Source: a virus (taxonomy: Duplodnaviria > Caudoviricetes). From it: a DNA stretch of 38,983 bases. The stretch is from positions 1 to 38,983 of IMG/VR virus record IMGVR_UViG_3300031472_000003. One strand, 5' to 3'. Position 1 is the first letter of the stretch, and each line of letters opens with the position of its first letter. Shown one piece after another: positions 35,386 through 38,983 of the stretch. The notes under the pieces were generated by a model. It saw only the letters and a program-made list of their open reading frames with translations. It was not told where the DNA came from and did not search any database. Position numbers and translations under genes: made by a program.

Positions 35386-36003
35386 ATGAGTTACGATTTC
35401 CTCGGCCAATTCTTTGGCAAAGTTCGCCGACGCAAGATCGAGGCGGCGGCGCAGCAGGTGCTGCTGGGCGGAGCGAGGCCCGTCGCCATCGACTACGGCG
35501 TCCTCGGCACACGGCTCGTGGTCGGCGCGACGATGGCGCTATTGAACGCCACGCTGAACCACTCCCTGCCGGGCACCGCCGGCGGCATCCTGACAGTCGC
35601 CGGCATTGGCCTCACGGCAGCGCTGCCGGCCGGCCTGAAGACTTCCGGCCTCCTCACGGCACTGTCCCCGAACACGCTCTCTGCTGTGCAAGGGTTGACC
35701 CAGGGCCTCAGCAGCGCTCTGGCCGCGCCCGCCAATAAGAAGAAGGCCGCGTTCCAAAAATCAATTCAAGAATCAATTCAGGCCACCGTCGCCACTGAGG
35801 TGCAGGCCGCGCTGAACAAAACGAGCATGAGCGGCTATACCTCCGCCGAGCTTGGGCAGAAAGTGCCGGACGGCCCGAATGCCGCGCCACAGGCTGCAAG
35901 CGCCCCTGTGCCCGCCGCAGGCAGTGAAACAGCCATTTCTAATCAAGCGGCTATTTCTACGCCGAGCGTGGATGCCATTGCTCAGACTGGAGGCAACCAG
36001 TAA
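35386..36003 (+). CDS. Putative holin-like membrane protein
   Basis: AAGGA SD; two hydrophobic segments; immediately upstream of the endolysin. Confidence 0.5.
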   Translation: MSYDFLGQFFGKVRRRKIEAAAQQVLLGGARPVAIDYGVLGTRLVVGATMALLNATLNHSLPGTAGGILTVAGIGLTAALPAGLKTSGLLTALSPNTLSAVQGLTQGLSSALAAPANKKKAAFQKSIQESIQATVATEVQAALNKTSMSGYTSAELGQKVPDGPNAAPQAASAPVPAAGSETAISNQAAISTPSVDAIAQTGGNQ

Positions 36004-36515
36004 TGACAACCAACCAGTTCACAAAAGCCACCGAGGGCGATCTTGTCGGCGACCCGACTGTTGCCGTTGATGTCCCGTACCTGCTGAGGCTCATGGCGCT
36101 GTGCGTCGCGGCCGTCGTCCGCTACCTGATGGGCGGCAAAGCCCGCGATCTGGACGCCGTGCCGCTCGACGTGTCCGCGATTGACTGCTCCGGCTTTGCC
36201 CGGTGGCTGCTGTATCACGCGACGCGCGGCCAGCTTCTGTTGCCGGACGGCTCGTGCATCCAGGACCACGCATTATTTCTGGACCAGTTCAAGTCCACCG
36301 ACCCGGCGAACTGCGCCCTGCATGACGGCCATGTCCGCGTGTGCATTCACCTCGCCGATGACAAAGATGGGACCGGTCATATCTGGATCGTCCTCAACGG
36401 TGTGACGTATGAATCGCACGGCGGGCGTGGCGTCAGTTCGCGGCCGTGGAACGTCATGCTCAGCTCCGGCTACACGCTGCACGAGCTGGCAACCCACTGC
36501 TACGTTCTCTGCTAA
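36003..36515 (+). CDS. NlpC/P60-like endolysin
   Basis: YLMGGK...IDCSGF (catalytic Cys), GHIWI (His), TYESHGG. Confidence 0.8.
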   Translation: MTTNQFTKATEGDLVGDPTVAVDVPYLLRLMALCVAAVVRYLMGGKARDLDAVPLDVSAIDCSGFARWLLYHATRGQLLLPDGSCIQDHALFLDQFKSTDPANCALHDGHVRVCIHLADDKDGTGHIWIVLNGVTYESHGGRGVSSRPWNVMLSSGYTLHELATHCYVLC

Positions 36516-36564
36516 AATTCCCGCTAAATTTAGCTGGTACGACTTCCGTGTCATGCCAGACGGC

Positions 36565-36610
36565 AAAATGGCCCCAGAGGCTCCTACGCGCTTCTGGGGC
36601 CGTTTTTGTT
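36565..36610. terminator. Bidirectional terminator between convergent units
   Basis: AAAATGGCCCCAGAGG / CTTCTGGGGCCGTTTT followed by TGTT. Confidence 0.75.
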
Positions 36611-37168
36611 TGCGGGTCCGCACTCTGGTATTTGGAATTCTGGTATTTGGAATTGTGGGATGTCAAACGTGAGCGGGCGGACCCGCCGCCCGGAGTCGAA
36701 CTCGCGGCACAGCTTCCGGGCCGGTGCCGGCAGCGGATAGCAAAGCGGCAGAAGACTGTCTCCGGTCCAGACCGCGATGTCGTGCCGGCTAGACAGCAGA
36801 TCGCCGAGCGGTATGCCATGCGCCACCAGCAGCGCTTCGGCAGACCGCCGTGCGGCCAGCGCGACCGGCGAGCGCACCGTACTCCTCTGGAAGCCTTCTT
36901 GCAGGTCTTGCGCGGTCACCTCGACCGTCAGCACCGCCGTAAGCCAGCCGGGCAGGGCACTTGCCTTCACCCGTTTTGCACCAGATGAGACCGAGTCTTG
37001 ATCCCGCTGCTGCTGCAGGGCCTGCTGACGCCTCAAATCCATTGCACATCCGGGCGAACAGGTCAGGCCATCGCTGTATTTCAGGCTAGTGACGGTTCCC
37101 CAGCAGACAAAGCACGGCATCGCGCCGGCGACGGTCGGGGCTTTTGGCATCGGACCAGCTTTTGGCAT
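36584..37168 (-). CDS. Hypothetical protein with Cys cluster
   Basis: Probable start MPKA in the 18-bp duplication; CFVC...CSPGC; C-terminal IPQFQIPEFQ repeat. Confidence 0.55.
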   Translation of the reverse strand: MPKAGPMPKAPTVAGAMPCFVCWGTVTSLKYSDGLTCSPGCAMDLRRQQALQQQRDQDSVSSGAKRVKASALPGWLTAVLTVEVTAQDLQEGFQRSTVRSPVALAARRSAEALLVAHGIPLGDLLSSRHDIAVWTGDSLLPLCYPLPAPARKLCREFDSGRRVRPLTFDIPQFQIPEFQIPECGPANKNGPRSA

Positions 37169-37178
37169 CGGACCAGCT

Positions 37179-37409
37179 TTAGCCACCGAGCACGTCTCCC
37201 GTCTTCGGAAACTTCTTCTGCGCCTGGGAATTGCGGCGTTCTGCCTCAGCCTCAGCGAACGCTTTGTCATGGATGGCGATGGACAGTGCGGAACTTGGTA
37301 TATAGGGTTCATCTAAGTCCTCTGGCGGCCAGCCCTCCTGAAACACGCCCATCCGGTTCCAGTAGCCGACGCGCTTGTCTTCTTCCGCAAACTCTTCTGC
37401 CGCTGTCAT
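37179..37409 (-). CDS. Hypothetical protein
   Basis: AAGGAG / AGGGA upstream of the ATG. Confidence 0.6.
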   Translation of the reverse strand: MTAAEEFAEEDKRVGYWNRMGVFQEGWPPEDLDEPYIPSSALSIAIHDKAFAEAEAERRNSQAQKKFPKTGDVLGG

Positions 37410-37439
37410 TCCCTAGTCTCCTTTACTTCCCCACATACT

Positions 37440-37586
37440 TTACTTCCCCACATACTCCTGCTCAGGGTCCCCGTCCGGCCTGCGCCGTCCGCTGGGCTGA
37501 TGACGGGTCCACCGGCTTGGCTCCGCGTCTCGGTCCGGCTCCCAGTGCGCCATGGCCACCACGGCGGCAACCGGAATCATCTCCAT
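37440..37586 (-). CDS. Small hypothetical protein
   Basis: AAGGA SD; MEMIPVAAVV...EYVGK; stop lies in the 17-bp duplication 37421-37456. Confidence 0.35.
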   Translation of the reverse strand: MEMIPVAAVVAMAHWEPDRDAEPSRWTRHQPSGRRRPDGDPEQEYVGK

Positions 37587-37679
37587 GGGCGCATCCTTTC
37601 AAGAAGAATACCGGCAGCGCCGTTTCGGACTTCCAATTTTGCGGGAAAGTGCTGTGCGCTGCCGGCTCAGGGTCATTCG

Positions 37680-38030
37680 TTACGGATTGGCCGCCCCGCT
37701 TGCCGGCGCGTTGAGTGCCGCCGTCGCGTCCTTGAACTGCTGCACCAGCGCATCCGGCACGACCGCGTTCTGCAGGTCGGCAATTTGCTTGGTGTCGGTA
37801 GTAATGATCTGCTGGTCCGCCGCCAGCTTTGCGTGAACGGCGGACTGGTAATTGTTCACTTCCGTCGTAAGCTCATCAATGGATGCCATTTGTTGTTTTT
37901 CTCTTTCTTCAAGTTGCTGGGCGATATGCACCAGCAAACAGTAGCTGCGTTCGGCCAGGACGCGGTCGGCCATCTGATCCATTTCGAGCGTTTCCCAGTT
38001 TGGAAAGACCCGGTCCAAAAACTCGTCCAT
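37680..38030 (-). CDS. Hypothetical coiled-coil protein
   Basis: GGAGGA/AAGG upstream; helical composition. Confidence 0.6.
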   Translation of the reverse strand: MDEFLDRVFPNWETLEMDQMADRVLAERSYCLLVHIAQQLEEREKQQMASIDELTTEVNNYQSAVHAKLAADQQIITTDTKQIADLQNAVVPDALVQQFKDATAALNAPASGAANP

Positions 38031-38138
38031 CCTTCTTCCTCCGCTTGTTTAGTTGTCTACGCCTCCCTTCTGTCTCCTCCGTGTGCAGGATGCCATCCGT
38101 AAAATCGTTAGTGAACTATTGGCAAAGTGGACCACTGG

Positions 38139-38983
38139 CTACGCACTGTCGAGCCGCAGATAGGGCGTAGGGTCAGCAGCAGCATCTTCCTCGCGCGGCC
38201 AGTCGCCGAGATGGTAGCGCTTGCCGTCAAGAACCGCGAAGCCCAGCTCCACTAAACTTGCTCTCGCCACCTGGATCGACCCGCTACTGGAATAAGCCGC
38301 CCAGTCCCGCCACTCGGCCCAGGTGAGGGCCGGGTGACCATTCTCCGCCGCATCGCCGAGCGCCCGCAACAGCCGGGACGGAGCAGCTCCCAGGACCTGC
38401 TCCCAGCGCCGGCGATACGTCTCCGCGTCCATCGGGCGGACCGACGTGCGGCAACCCTTTTCCGTGGCTGCAAGCCGCTCTCCCGCCCAAGTCGCGAGGC
38501 CCTCACGCCGGAGTGCCCGAACCGCATTCTGACCCGAAGGGCCGGACAGGTCCATGTGCGTCAGCGCTCCAAGCTGCGGCAGGGTCAGCGCGAACGGGCG
38601 GAATTCTGACAAGAGCAGTTCCAGCCGGCGCAAGTTTACGTTCACCACACCTGGCTTCTTGTTACGTGGCTTCTCGTTCACTGCATCAGGTTTATCATTC
38701 ACCAGATCAGGTTTATCATTCACCGGCACGGACTGAGATGGCACCACTGCTAAGGAAGACGGCAGACCCGCATCGAATGGCCCTGGGAGGAACTCAGGGG
38801 CGGCTGCAGGGACCTTAGCAGGCGCGGCAGGTGTCTTCCCCGCTTGGGGCGAAGTCGCGGCGTGCAAGCGGACGGCTTCCGGCGGAAGGCCCTGCAAGCG
38901 GACGGCTTCCGGCGGAAGGCCCTGCAAGCGGACGGCTTCCGGCGGAAGGCCCTGCAAGCGGACGGCTTCCGGCGGAAGGCCCT
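38139..38983 (-). CDS. 3' part of a larger protein with two wHTH-like repeats (possibly the tail of a phage HerA/DUF87 ATPase)
   Basis: LTLPQLGALT...AVRALRREGL and LTWAEW...YSSSGSIQVARASLVELGF; the frame is open off the right end. Confidence 0.5.
   Translation of the reverse strand, partial: GLPPEAVRLQGLPPEAVRLQGLPPEAVRLQGLPPEAVRLHAATSPQAGKTPAAPAKVPAAAPEFLPGPFDAGLPSSLAVVPSQSVPVNDKPDLVNDKPDAVNEKPRNKKPGVVNVNLRRLELLLSEFRPFALTLPQLGALTHMDLSGPSGQNAVRALRREGLATWAGERLAATEKGCRTSVRPMDAETYRRRWEQVLGAAPSRLLRALGDAAENGHPALTWAEWRDWAAYSSSGSIQVARASLVELGFAVLDGKRYHLGDWPREEDAAADPTPYLRLDSA
38863..38983. repeat. 30-bp perfect tandem repeat x4 or more, cut by the window end
   Basis: TGCAAGCGGACGGCTTCCGGCGGAAGGCCC, encoding LQGLPPEAVR on the minus strand. 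Confidence 0.97.

Noticed and set aside
1-38983. Complete circular genome or att-bounded prophage
   Set aside because: No terminal overlap; the end ORFs do not join in frame; the right end stops inside a repeat; no host genes or tRNA were seen.

Overview
The window is most of a GC-rich temperate tailed phage (siphovirus-like), cut off at both ends. Layout: leftward early genes (1-3407, with a DUF5131 gene and a Dam-like methyltransferase remnant); a cro/cI-like switch with four operator-like palindromes (3088-3940); a separately promoted replication operon whose initiator gene carries phased iterons (4363-7323); an internal tyrosine recombinase beside an 11-6-11 dif/lox-like site (7326-8470); small regulatory genes and a DNA methyltransferase; a full packaging, head and tail module (11639-33017) with two tail-tube paralogues and a -1 frameshift chaperone; a lysis region with an NlpC/P60-like endolysin (34280-36515); and a convergent minus-strand arm. 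Most notable: (1) about 26 unrelated 10-30 bp tandem duplications, mostly triplet-length inside genes and often copying start or stop codons at gene ends; (2) a ~60 nt sar-like antisense RNA with a consensus promoter, anti-SD loop and terminator (2498-2592); (3) several signs of a plasmid-like prophage; (4) two antisense genes with the same 14-bp head-to-head leaderless layout, one a methyltransferase next to a signal-peptide-bearing lectin fibre. All calls come from reading the sequence; no database searches were run.
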